A stretch of 30,155 bases of DNA, taken from the IMG/VR virus record IMGVR_UViG_3300032248_000627, positions 1-30,155 of that record; one strand, given 5' to 3'. Origin of the DNA: a virus (lineage: Duplodnaviria > Caudoviricetes). The stretch's first letter is position 1, and the number at the start of each line of letters is the position of its first letter. Below are positions 15,845-24,832 of this stretch, one piece after another. Under the pieces are notes generated by a model. The model saw nothing but the letters and a program-made list of their open reading frames with translations, was not told the DNA's origin and did not search any database. A program made the translations under genes and the position numbers.

Positions 15845-17191
15845 ATGGGCATTGACGTAGTGAAGATGAAGTCTCTGTACGAATCACGCAAAAAGGACTC
15901 GGGTGGCCGACTGCGCTTCATTAACGAGTTGCGCCATGGTCTTGGCCTCTCGGACTCTAAAGGGTCTGATTACAAGGACTTGGCTGGTAATAAGCAACTT
16001 CGTGAACGTGAAATGGTTGCTGAAAACTTCAGCCTGGCAGAATTGGCAGAGGCCTGCGTTGGCGGAAGCTGGCGCACTCTATTCGACCCAGATAACCGAG
16101 AGATGGGACGTTACCTTCGTGCCAAGTCTTTGGTTGAATCTGGTTTCCCAAATGACAGCCGAGCCTTGCTGGAAAGTACCGGTATCGGTATCGATCCTTC
16201 GAGCTTTGCGGACATCAACGCATTCACGAGCGTTGTTGGCGGTCTGATCGAAGTTAAGATTCTGGAAGCTTTCCAGAACCCAGCTTTGATTGCTGACCAG
16301 ATTTGCCCCGCTGAAGCCACTCGGCTCAACGGTCAGAAGGTGATCGGCGTTCAGTCAATTGGTGACCGTGGTCGCCAACGTAAGCCCGGCGAACCCCATG
16401 CTCGTGCCCAGTTCGGCGAGCGTTGGATCGAAACACCTGAAACCCGCGAGAACGCTCTTGCTATCGACGTTCTCAAGGAAGCGGTGTTCTTCGATCTCAC
16501 CGGGCAGATCCTTCAGCAGGCTGCTTCGGTTGGTCTTGAGCTTTCTTACCGCAAAGAACTCGAAGTTATCGACACCATCATCGGTGTTAATAACAGCTTC
16601 AAGTACAACGGCACGGCGTACAACACCTACGTCACGTCGAAGACCTTGGGCTACACCAACAGCATCACCAACCCTCTCTTGGACTGGACATCGATCCAGA
16701 CGGACGTGTTGCAGTTCATGCGTATGGAAGATCCACACACGGGCAAGCGTTTGCTGCTCAATCCCAACACTGTTCTGGTGAACCCAGGCAAGTTGGCGAC
16801 CATGAACCTGATCTTAGGTTCAACTGTTACTGATCGTCGTACTGCTCCAGGTGGTACTCAGTCCACGGCAAGTACGCTGAACATCTCCAGCACCCCCGGC
16901 AATCCTTACTCGGGTAACTTCAAGGTTCTCACCAGCCCGCTGTTTGAACAGCGTGCCTTGGCTGCGGACGGTTTGAACCTGAGCCAGGACAATGCCGATG
17001 GCCTGTGGTTCATGATGGAAGCTGGCAAGAGCTTCCGCTACATGCAGAACTACCCTCTGGCCGTGGTCCCAGCAACCTCGAATCAGTACGAAATGCTCGA
17101 TAAGGGCATCATTGCGACCTACTTCGCTCACGAGCGTGGTATTCCTTCGGTGTGGTCACCTTGGCACACCCTCAAGAACACTGCGAGCTAA
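15845..17191 (+). CDS. major capsid protein (HK97 fold)
   Basis: 448 aa, position in the head operon, codon usage that looks highly expressed, strong RBS. Confidence 0.85.
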   Translation: MGIDVVKMKSLYESRKKDSGGRLRFINELRHGLGLSDSKGSDYKDLAGNKQLREREMVAENFSLAELAEACVGGSWRTLFDPDNREMGRYLRAKSLVESGFPNDSRALLESTGIGIDPSSFADINAFTSVVGGLIEVKILEAFQNPALIADQICPAEATRLNGQKVIGVQSIGDRGRQRKPGEPHARAQFGERWIETPETRENALAIDVLKEAVFFDLTGQILQQAASVGLELSYRKELEVIDTIIGVNNSFKYNGTAYNTYVTSKTLGYTNSITNPLLDWTSIQTDVLQFMRMEDPHTGKRLLLNPNTVLVNPGKLATMNLILGSTVTDRRTAPGGTQSTASTLNISSTPGNPYSGNFKVLTSPLFEQRALAADGLNLSQDNADGLWFMMEAGKSFRYMQNYPLAVVPATSNQYEMLDKGIIATYFAHERGIPSVWSPWHTLKNTAS

Positions 17192-17193
17192 TA

Positions 17194-17388
17194 ATGAGTA
17201 CGGTTCCTGTTAAGCAATTAGTTCTTAAAGGCTGGGAGGCTGTTTCAAACGGCCTCCCCCGCCTCTTGATCAAAGCCTATACCCGTGAAGAAGCACGGTC
17301 TGAATACCGTAGCCGGGTTGGCCTTCATACCAGCAGGCCGGTTGATCTCAAGGAGATTACTGATGCCAACGGTAGTTCAAAACCTTGA
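17194..17388 (+). CDS. small hypothetical protein
   Basis: Start at ATG 17194, just after the capsid stop. Confidence 0.6.
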   Translation: MSTVPVKQLVLKGWEAVSNGLPRLLIKAYTREEARSEYRSRVGLHTSRPVDLKEITDANGSSKP

Positions 17389-17584
17389 TACGGCAATCCT
17401 GAACATATCAAGCTTGATTGCTCAAATCACGGTTGAGCCAAAGCCTAGTTACAATGTGGACGGTCAGTTGGTATCATGGGCTGAGTACCTTGATACCCTG
17501 ACCACCAAGCTGGCCACTTTACAAAAAACACGCCAGATGGCTGGTGGACCGTACCAACGGGCAAGCCGATTTAGGAGTGTTTGA
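17363..17584 (+). CDS. head-tail joining protein (lambda gpW-like)
   Basis: PSYNVDGQ-x-V beta-hairpin flanked by helices; AAGGAG RBS. Confidence 0.65.
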   Translation: MPTVVQNLDTAILNISSLIAQITVEPKPSYNVDGQLVSWAEYLDTLTTKLATLQKTRQMAGGPYQRASRFRSV

Positions 17585-17907
17585 TGTACAGTGTGGCAAT
17601 CATAATTAGTGACGATGGAACCTACACTCTTGTTCCTGCTGTTCCTGGCAGGAAAATTAGGGTTGTAAATTATTGTGTCACTGCCGAATCTTCATCAAAT
17701 ACCATTCAATTCTTCAGCAATTTGACTCCTTTAACCGGTGTTATGCACATGGTTCAAGGCGTTCCTATTGCTCCTTGTGCAGGCCAATTGTTCCCATCTG
17801 GAGCGTTAATGCTGTTCCAGGGGGCAGTAGGTGAACCAATAAAAATTACCACTACGACAAATAATAGCGTTGTTGGCGGTCATTTAGTCTATATTTTGGC
17901 GGATTAA
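17581..17907 (+). CDS. virion structural protein, paralog A
   Basis: PAVPGRKIRV...AVGEP...GGHLVY; similar to 18379..18702. Confidence 0.7.
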   Translation: MMYSVAIIISDDGTYTLVPAVPGRKIRVVNYCVTAESSSNTIQFFSNLTPLTGVMHMVQGVPIAPCAGQLFPSGALMLFQGAVGEPIKITTTTNNSVVGGHLVYILAD

Positions 17908-17908
17908 C

Positions 17909-18382
17909 ATGCCAAGAACAGCAATAATTGAAATAAAATATAAGTCCAAATCCATGCTTCCATGCCCTGAAAAGATGGTTGGCATGAGTGAAGAAGAAGC
18001 AGAAATGAGATCTGCACAGATTCTTCTAGAAATTGGAAGAAATCTTCGACAAGCACATAAACAAAACTTATCGACAAAATATCCTCCTGCCTCTAGGCCG
18101 GGAGAATACCCACGCAGAAGATCAGGGTCATTACAGCGTGGCATTTATTGTGATCCTGAATCAGGTCAGCGAATTGCTAACTCACGCAGAAAAACCATTA
18201 CAATTGGTTATGGAATAAAGGATCGTAAAGCAAATAAAACACCTCATCTTTACGGGCCACATCTTGTAAACAATATGGCAAGAAAAGGCATAATAAACAC
18301 GTTTTATGCCAATCGCACTGCGATATTGGCACCGGCAAGGCGTTGGAAACCAGTTGTAATGATTCAACTAAGGGGTGGATGA
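17909..18382 (+). CDS. HK97 gp10-like neck / tail-completion protein
   Basis: ASRPGEYP-x-x-x-SG-x-L-x-x-x-I motif; basic protein. Confidence 0.7.
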   Translation: MPRTAIIEIKYKSKSMLPCPEKMVGMSEEEAEMRSAQILLEIGRNLRQAHKQNLSTKYPPASRPGEYPRRRSGSLQRGIYCDPESGQRIANSRRKTITIGYGIKDRKANKTPHLYGPHLVNNMARKGIINTFYANRTAILAPARRWKPVVMIQLRGG

Positions 18383-18702
18383 TGAACGTAATTAAAGTCA
18401 ATACAAGCACAATTGGTGACAACATTATCCTTCCTGGTATTCCCAACAGGAAAATCAGGGTTCTTTCCTACGCTCTTACTTCAATTGCACAAAACTACGT
18501 TGTGTGGAAGTCTGGATCTACGGCAATTAGTGGCAACATTTATATGTCTGCCTATGGAAATTTGACAATCCATATGGGCGATTTGTGGCCTGCTGGTGGA
18601 CTGCCAGTTCTGGAAACGGCCATTGGCGAAGACTTGGTCATTTCTTTGAATGCAGCTACTGCAATAGGTGGCCATTTGACTTATTATTACATTGGCGCTT
18701 GA
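18379..18702 (+). CDS. virion structural protein, paralog B
   Basis: PGIPNRKIRV...AIGED...GGHLTY. Confidence 0.7.
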   Translation: MMNVIKVNTSTIGDNIILPGIPNRKIRVLSYALTSIAQNYVVWKSGSTAISGNIYMSAYGNLTIHMGDLWPAGGLPVLETAIGEDLVISLNAATAIGGHLTYYYIGA

Positions 18703-18826
18703 GAAGTTCATTAAATGGCGACATTCAACGCGTAATGAGGTGATGTGATGGCGGTGTAATGATTGCAAGTTACGAAACGTATACTCTTGCAGACATGCCC
18801 ATACGTTTAGTAACAAGGGGCCAATA

Positions 18827-19168
18827 ATGAACATCAGTAACGATTGGACTGTATTTGATAACACTGAAACAATTACGTTTACCAACATTGGTTCATCACC
18901 AATTACCATCCAGAGGGTTGTTCGGCGTTCATCCAGCATGGTTATTGCTGACGGTGGTGGTGGATTAGTTTATGGTGCTGATGCCACTTTTATCATATTT
19001 AAAGTGAACGCACCCAACGCATTTGCTCCAAAAATAAACGCCAAGATCACAGACGCAAAAGGCAAAAGCTATCGTGTGGACAGCATCAATGATGGTGCCC
19101 TGAGGACTAGATGGCTAGTGAACTGCACCTCTGAAGCAGGCCAAGGCTTGGCACCACAAGGAAGTTGA
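18827..19168 (+). CDS. head closure / stopper protein (putative)
   Basis: 113-aa beta-rich protein; P-x3-x-x-I-x-D-x-x-G-x-x-Y-x-V pattern; position in neck module. Confidence 0.65.
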   Translation: MNISNDWTVFDNTETITFTNIGSSPITIQRVVRRSSSMVIADGGGGLVYGADATFIIFKVNAPNAFAPKINAKITDAKGKSYRVDSINDGALRTRWLVNCTSEAGQGLAPQGS

Positions 19169-19169
19169 A

Positions 19170-19607
19170 ATGGCAACAGTATTCTGGCAAATTCTTGACT
19201 CCGTGCGGGATCGTATATCGACCCTTCCCAGTGTTCCAACCGTGGTCATCAGGAAGCGACCTGTGTTCACGCAGGAGGACGCTGTTCCCTTGATCATCGT
19301 CTCACCCGGCGAGGAAGTGGTCGGTATGGAAGCGTTCCCAGTCACAGTGGAATATTTGTACCGGGTACAAGTATCTCTGATCCAGGCTGGCAATAGAATC
19401 TATGAAGGTGATGTTTCAAGCTTGCTTGATCTTCGCCAATCAATTAGAAATATTCTATATCAACCATTTCTGAATGGTGCTATAAATGTTTATGATTGTA
19501 GAATGGATATGTCGCCAGCGTTTGAGGTTGTATCAGGTGAGGCCTCGAACTATGATGTTACTGGGATGGTCTTCACCTTCAACAGCATTGAATCGAGGAT
19601 CAACTAA
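19170..19607 (+). CDS. tail terminator protein (putative)
   Basis: 145 aa; N-terminal helix and P-x-I-I-V motif; position before the tail genes. Confidence 0.65.
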   Translation: MATVFWQILDSVRDRISTLPSVPTVVIRKRPVFTQEDAVPLIIVSPGEEVVGMEAFPVTVEYLYRVQVSLIQAGNRIYEGDVSSLLDLRQSIRNILYQPFLNGAINVYDCRMDMSPAFEVVSGEASNYDVTGMVFTFNSIESRIN

Positions 19608-19984
19608 TGGCTATCACGCACACGGTTGCTTACAACTTCTCCAAAGACGGTTCATCAGTGACGAGTTTTTCGTCTTCTGAGAGCCAAGATGGTGAAATTA
19701 ATCTTGATGTGATCATCGCCCCTGGCGCTTCTGCGTTTTCGGTGCTTTGCCATGTCACCCAGTCTGTTACAAAAAGCATTTTCATTCAATGCGATGCCAA
19801 TATGACAGTTGTCACCAAGAATGGTGCCTCAACTGTTGACACGTTCACGTTTTTAGCCAATAAGCCGTTGATTTGGCAGGTTGGTTTCCCAACCACATGC
19901 CCATTCACCGCAGACTTCACAACCTTCGCAGTATCGTCATCTGCTGGTGGTAATTTGAAGGTTTGCATTCTCGAGAACGTATAA
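19607..19984 (+). CDS. hypothetical structural protein
   Basis: TAATG coupling; beta-rich S/T composition. Confidence 0.7.
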   Translation: MAITHTVAYNFSKDGSSVTSFSSSESQDGEINLDVIIAPGASAFSVLCHVTQSVTKSIFIQCDANMTVVTKNGASTVDTFTFLANKPLIWQVGFPTTCPFTADFTTFAVSSSAGGNLKVCILENV

Positions 19985-20448
19985 TGCCTGTCGATTCGTC
20001 ATCAATTTTGTCCACTATTTCCTGGCAGCATTATCGCCAGAATAGTGGGTTTTTGAATACGAATCAGGGTCCAGATTCACTTTCAGCGTCTGTTGAATCA
20101 GAGACTGCTGAAGACATTTATGCTGAGTCGAAGATACTTGGTTTGTCTTCGACTAGGAGTTATGACCTTACCGCATTAACTGATTTGCTGCTCCAGCCAT
20201 TGGTATTCACGAATGTGCTGGCACTCATGGTCACTGTTTCCTCTGGATCGGTGACGTTGACTCCTGGTGGGTCAAATCCTGCCACATTGTTCATGGGTGG
20301 TACATCACCTGGGATTGTGATTCCAGAGGATGGGGTAGTGATCTGTTCGACGAGTACAGTCGTCGATTCGACACACAAGAATTTGACGATAGCTACCGGG
20401 GCATCGTCAGGGGCAACTTACCAAATAGCAATTTTAGGGGGTGCTTGA
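19984..20448 (+). CDS. hypothetical structural protein
   Basis: TAATG coupling; start MPVDSS. Confidence 0.7.
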   Translation: MPVDSSSILSTISWQHYRQNSGFLNTNQGPDSLSASVESETAEDIYAESKILGLSSTRSYDLTALTDLLLQPLVFTNVLALMVTVSSGSVTLTPGGSNPATLFMGGTSPGIVIPEDGVVICSTSTVVDSTHKNLTIATGASSGATYQIAILGGA

Positions 20449-20449
20449 C

Positions 20450-20851
20450 ATGCCTTTTTACAGTGGAAAGCAAGGGTTTCTTCAGGTCGGCGGCGTAAGC
20501 TATCCAATGGAAGAGTGGAGCCTTGACATCGAAATCGAAGAAGTCGAGGTTACTAATTTTCAAAGCGGTGGCTTCAAGTCTTTGATCAATGGTATTGCTG
20601 GTGGCACATTTTCAGCCACTGGTCCATATAACGGATTGCAACCTTTTCTATTTACGGCTGCTGGGGCAGTCACTCAGACTGGCGGAACGACAAGCAATGG
20701 TGTCACAGGCACCTTCACCTTCGGAATCGCTCCTGGCCTTTCTGTGACTCACTATGTGATCATCACAGCATCGTCGGTCAAGCAGAACGTCAAAGAGAAG
20801 GCTACCATTGAGATTTCTGGTTCATTAACAGGCGCTGCCGTGGCGATCTAA
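20450..20851 (+). CDS. tail tube protein (putative)
   Basis: SGKQG...WSLDI...EVTNF-x-S-x-G...G pattern typical of siphovirus tube proteins. Confidence 0.75.
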   Translation: MPFYSGKQGFLQVGGVSYPMEEWSLDIEIEEVEVTNFQSGGFKSLINGIAGGTFSATGPYNGLQPFLFTAAGAVTQTGGTTSNGVTGTFTFGIAPGLSVTHYVIITASSVKQNVKEKATIEISGSLTGAAVAI

Positions 20852-20852
20852 T

Positions 20853-21290
20853 ATGTATTCCGGCAAGACTTCTGCAATCCTATTCAACGCTCTGGTCATT
20901 CCTGCTGATAAGTGGGAAATTGATCTGAGCGTTGAATCGCTTGATGACATGACAATTAAAGTTTTGCGTGATGCCAATGTTAATGGATTAATGGCAAACG
21001 CAGGTGCATTGCCACTGATATGGTCGCAGCACGGCATCCCTTCTAGGAAGATATCTAGCAACATTCGTGACGTGAAAGGCAACGTGCATGGGTTCTATCA
21101 AACCCAAGCGGTGACGCCAACAGTTGGAAGCACGTTGTCATTGATTCTAAGGTTGCAAAACCTAGCATTTTTTTCTGTATCTCAGGCATTGGTGACAAGC
21201 GTAAAACTAAGCACAGAAGTCAAGGGTGCAGTAGAATTTGATATAGAGTGGGAATCGATTGGAGAAGTTGACTACAGGGGAGGTTTGTAA
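20853..21290 (+). CDS. second tail-tube-like protein
   Basis: MYSGK...W-x-IDL and C-terminal VK-x-x-V-x-F pattern parallel the upstream tube protein. Confidence 0.6.
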   Translation: MYSGKTSAILFNALVIPADKWEIDLSVESLDDMTIKVLRDANVNGLMANAGALPLIWSQHGIPSRKISSNIRDVKGNVHGFYQTQAVTPTVGSTLSLILRLQNLAFFSVSQALVTSVKLSTEVKGAVEFDIEWESIGEVDYRGGL

Positions 21291-21736
21291 TGAGTGGTGT
21301 TGCGTATACGACAAGTGATGCACTTGGTGGAAATGCTGCCAAGACCGAGTGGGTTGATAACACTGGTAAGAAATACCAAGTCGAACTTCTTACACTTGCG
21401 AATCAATCAAAGTTCGAGCGATTCCTTGAAAAGGAAGCGGTCAAGACGATTCGCAACGTCAAGGATGAACTTGGCGAAGAAGAATATTTGATGGCCTTAG
21501 ATCGATGCTTGGAGTCAATTGCTGAAGGCAAGTACTCATTCGGCGGAGAAGACGCACAACGCAGCCTAGGCACGTTTAAAGGCATGTGTGCGATGATCTC
21601 GATTCTGTTCAATACGACCTCTGACGATGCCTTCCGCCTTGTTAAAGAAAGTCCTGAGATTCCCAAGGTCATCGAGAACATCGTAGTGAGGTCATTTCCA
21701 GCACAAGAAAAAAAGCCGGACGAAGTGACGAACTAG
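21290..21736 (+). CDS. tail assembly chaperone (gpG-like)
   Basis: Lies between tube and tape measure; ends just after a slippery site. Confidence 0.8.
   Translation: MSGVAYTTSDALGGNAAKTEWVDNTGKKYQVELLTLANQSKFERFLEKEAVKTIRNVKDELGEEEYLMALDRCLESIAEGKYSFGGEDAQRSLGTFKGMCAMISILFNTTSDDAFRLVKESPEIPKVIENIVVRSFPAQEKKPDEVTN
21709..21715 (+). other. -1 ribosomal frameshift site A AAA AAG
   Basis: In-frame X XXY YYZ heptamer; the -1 frame is open from here into 21796..22017. Confidence 0.85.
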
Positions 21737-22017
21737 AAGAACCAAACTGGCCGCAGATCGTTGCTGGACTGGTAGACGAACCTTACTGTCTGTCCATGGA
21801 GCAGGTTGCTAGCCTGACCATGCGACAGATAGCATTGATTTACTACCGTGAAAGAGATAAAAAGGGAGTGCCGAAACCGATCCGAAGCGGTCGAAATAAC
21901 AAGAAGAAGAGTCAAGAAAAGGTCCGAGAAGAGTTCTTTGCCATGGCTGCTGCCTTTGGATTGTCGGAATCAGAAATAGAACGGCAATGGGAGGAGTCGA
22001 AAAATGGCAAAGAGTAA
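21715..22017 (+). CDS. tail assembly chaperone gpT part (gpGT fusion)
   Basis: -1 frame reads AGRSDELEEPNWPQIVAGLVDEPYCLSMEQVASLTMRQI... Confidence 0.75.
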   Translation, partial: AGRSDELEEPNWPQIVAGLVDEPYCLSMEQVASLTMRQIALIYYRERDKKGVPKPIRSGRNNKKKSQEKVREEFFAMAAAFGLSESEIERQWEESKNGKE

Positions 22018-24832
22018 AGTCGGACCAGAAACTGAACCTGGCAATCCAGATGGATGCGTGATTGGCAAGAAAGAAGCCAAGGCTGTCAAGGGTTCCGTTG
22101 AAGTCTTATCTACAGCGTTCTTAGATAGCGCAAAAAAAATAAGTACAAGCGTTGGTGCGCTTGCAAACAAAATATTTTCAATAATTTCAAGACTTAAGAA
22201 GGTATCGTTAAAGCCATCAGCATCTGCTTCTAAAGGAGGCGGCGGCAAAAGCAATAGTGTCATTGAAGGATACAATGCACGCATTGCAATGCAGACATTT
22301 AAAAAAGAAAAGACTCAAAAAGAAAAAAATGAAAAAGCAATTGTAAAACTTCGTGTTGCTGCTTACAAAGCACAATTAAAATATTTAAAAAAGCAAAAGC
22401 GTTTGGAAGAGCAAGCGCCATTAATTGCAATTCGTGCAGTGCGAGCATTGAGTGCGCTTAATAGAAGAAAAAACGCTAAAGAACGCAAAGCTCAAAATGA
22501 TGTTTTAAAAAGAATAGAAAAAATGAGAAGGTTTTTGCTTTCTCAAAAGAAAGAAGAAGAAAGAATAATAATTAATGCTAGAAGAGCATTAACGGCATTA
22601 AATAAGAAAAACGACAAAAAGAAAAAAGAATCAGAAAGTATATTTGCAAAATTTACTGCGTTACAAGCAAATAAGAGAAAAAAAGAATTAAAAGATGCCG
22701 CTTCAGATTTTGCCAAGTACACAGCATTTAAAGTAAAAAAGAACAGATTAATCTCAAAAGCAAGAGCTGCTGAAGCCAGGCAGAAGGTTTCGGTAGAGGC
22801 AAAAAAGGCTAGAGATCTTGCTATTGCGATTGATGAATTACGATCTAAATTTCCACGTTTAACAAAACTATTTATTGATGGTCCTGCAATGTTAAGGGAG
22901 GAGTTCAAGTATTGGTCTGGAGTCATGGCTACTGGATGGAGTATGGCATTCAGTGTTTTAAAATCTGGTTACAAATTAATATCTCCAGCATTTGGTTTCG
23001 TATGGGATTCAATAAAGAATGGATCTAATTTCCTATTAAAATCATTTAAAACAAATGGCAAAAATATAGAAAAAGAAAATTCATTTCCAATTACTGATAT
23101 TTATAATCAATTCAAAGATGTTTTTGATGAAGTTAAATTTAGAATAGGTGGATTTGAAAAAGGAAATAGTGGATCAAGCAATCCACGGGCGCAATTTGCT
23201 AAAAAACAAGGTCAACAACCAGAAATAAGATTAAACGCAGACAAATCTAAATTGCCTGATGTTTTTCATGAAATGGTACATGCTATAGATTCAGCGGCAG
23301 GCTTAATAAGTCGATCAGCATCAAAAGGATCTAATGAACTTGCAGAATCGTATGAAAAAGCAAAAAAAATATTAGAAGAAACATTTAAGAATGTCAATTT
23401 GTCTGACACTCTTAAAAATTATATTTCTGATCCAAAAGAAATAATAGCAAATTTTGTTACGGCTTCAAAGTATGCAGAAAACGCTGGATCAATAATGCGA
23501 AGGGTATTTGAAACATCTAGTATAAATGGTTCTTTAGAAGAATTACAGAAAATAATCGAAGAGGTTAGCAAGAGTTTTTTTGATCTTGCCAAGGCAAGTG
23601 TAGACGAAATAAACGAAAAAAGAAAAGCAAAAAGCAAAAAAAAGACAACAGTGGAAGATCCTAGGAAACATGTTACTTTAGCATCTGGCGGTCCTGCTAC
23701 GCCGTCAAAAGATGATGCCAAAGGCACCGATACTGTCCCAGCCATGCTTACCCCAGGTGAATTCGTTGTCAATAAAGACGCAACGAAGAAGAACCGAGGA
23801 ATGTTGGAGCAGATCAATAACGGTGGGAAGACGCAGAAGAGGTCATCTGGTGGACCGATAAATTATTTGGCAGGTGGTGGTGCAGCAGGTGGTGGTGGTG
23901 GTGGTGGAACTGCTTCCGGTGGCCCGGCCCCCGCTGCGGCTGTTTCGCCGTTCATAGCTGGCCTCACATTAGCTGGAAAGTCGTTAGGTGTACTCAGTAC
24001 TGTTGGAAATCTAGCTGTTGGTGCTATCACAGGAACGGTTGGTGCCTTTAACCAAATAGTTTCATTTGCAAGCCCATTTGTACAAGCGTTTAATCCTGCT
24101 CTTATTGAGCAGATGAACCTTGTGTTCAAGGATCTTACCGCAGTAATCGGTATGGGCCTTGAACCTGTAATTGGCGCAGTGATTCCGATTGTAAGGGCGT
24201 TTGCAGACAGGCTCGTACCAGTAGTTCAGGCATTGATTCCAACCGTTCAATTGTTTGCTGATGCGATGATGGAATTGGCCGGTCCAATTATCGAAATTCT
24301 CATTGAGGCGTTTGCTGCACTTGAGCCAATTATCGTGCTGGTTGTTGGCATAGTGAAGATGTGGGCAGACATATTAGTTCAGTCTTTACCACTAATATCA
24401 GCGGTAATCAAAGAAGTTGTTTGGTGGTTTACAAAAATAATTTCAACCATGCAATGGGCTGTTGGAAGCCTTATTTCAATGATTCCTGGAACAGGTAAAA
24501 TCGGCGAAAATATGATAAAAAGTGCTGAAAAAGCAAGCAAGGCAACTGACGATTATTATAATGGCACATCAAAAGTTCAGAAGGCTGTTCAACAACCAGC
24601 TAAAAAAGGTGCCTCGGTTGGTGCTGCTGCCGGGAAAGCTAGTTTCAGTGGCATATCTGATCTTGGCCGTAATTTGATGCAATCAGCAATGTCATCATCT
24701 ACTCAGGCATCTGCCATCAGAACCGCTGAGAATACTGAAAAGATGGATAAGACTTTGCAAGAGATCAACATGAAAATGGGTAGAGCGCCAATGCCTAATC
24801 CAGCAGCGCCTGCAAGAGGAGCAAGAGTCTAA
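22004..24832 (+). CDS. tape measure protein with Lys-rich region and HExxH metallopeptidase-like insert
   Basis: Follows the chaperones; GTDTVPAMLTPGEFV motif; Pro-spaced hydrophobic repeats; FHEMVHAID. Confidence 0.85.
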   Translation: MAKSKVGPETEPGNPDGCVIGKKEAKAVKGSVEVLSTAFLDSAKKISTSVGALANKIFSIISRLKKVSLKPSASASKGGGGKSNSVIEGYNARIAMQTFKKEKTQKEKNEKAIVKLRVAAYKAQLKYLKKQKRLEEQAPLIAIRAVRALSALNRRKNAKERKAQNDVLKRIEKMRRFLLSQKKEEERIIINARRALTALNKKNDKKKKESESIFAKFTALQANKRKKELKDAASDFAKYTAFKVKKNRLISKARAAEARQKVSVEAKKARDLAIAIDELRSKFPRLTKLFIDGPAMLREEFKYWSGVMATGWSMAFSVLKSGYKLISPAFGFVWDSIKNGSNFLLKSFKTNGKNIEKENSFPITDIYNQFKDVFDEVKFRIGGFEKGNSGSSNPRAQFAKKQGQQPEIRLNADKSKLPDVFHEMVHAIDSAAGLISRSASKGSNELAESYEKAKKILEETFKNVNLSDTLKNYISDPKEIIANFVTASKYAENAGSIMRRVFETSSINGSLEELQKIIEEVSKSFFDLAKASVDEINEKRKAKSKKKTTVEDPRKHVTLASGGPATPSKDDAKGTDTVPAMLTPGEFVVNKDATKKNRGMLEQINNGGKTQKRSSGGPINYLAGGGAAGGGGGGGTASGGPAPAAAVSPFIAGLTLAGKSLGVLSTVGNLAVGAITGTVGAFNQIVSFASPFVQAFNPALIEQMNLVFKDLTAVIGMGLEPVIGAVIPIVRAFADRLVPVVQALIPTVQLFADAMMELAGPIIEILIEAFAALEPIIVLVVGIVKMWADILVQSLPLISAVIKEVVWWFTKIISTMQWAVGSLISMIPGTGKIGENMIKSAEKASKATDDYYNGTSKVQKAVQQPAKKGASVGAAAGKASFSGISDLGRNLMQSAMSSSTQASAIRTAENTEKMDKTLQEINMKMGRAPMPNPAAPARGARV

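Noticed and set aside
18730-18800. Hammerhead ribozyme (TAATGA...GAAA)
   Set aside because: The core is not CUGANGA and stem II does not form properly
23872-23906. GGT microsatellite
   Set aside because: Encodes a Gly linker within the tape measure
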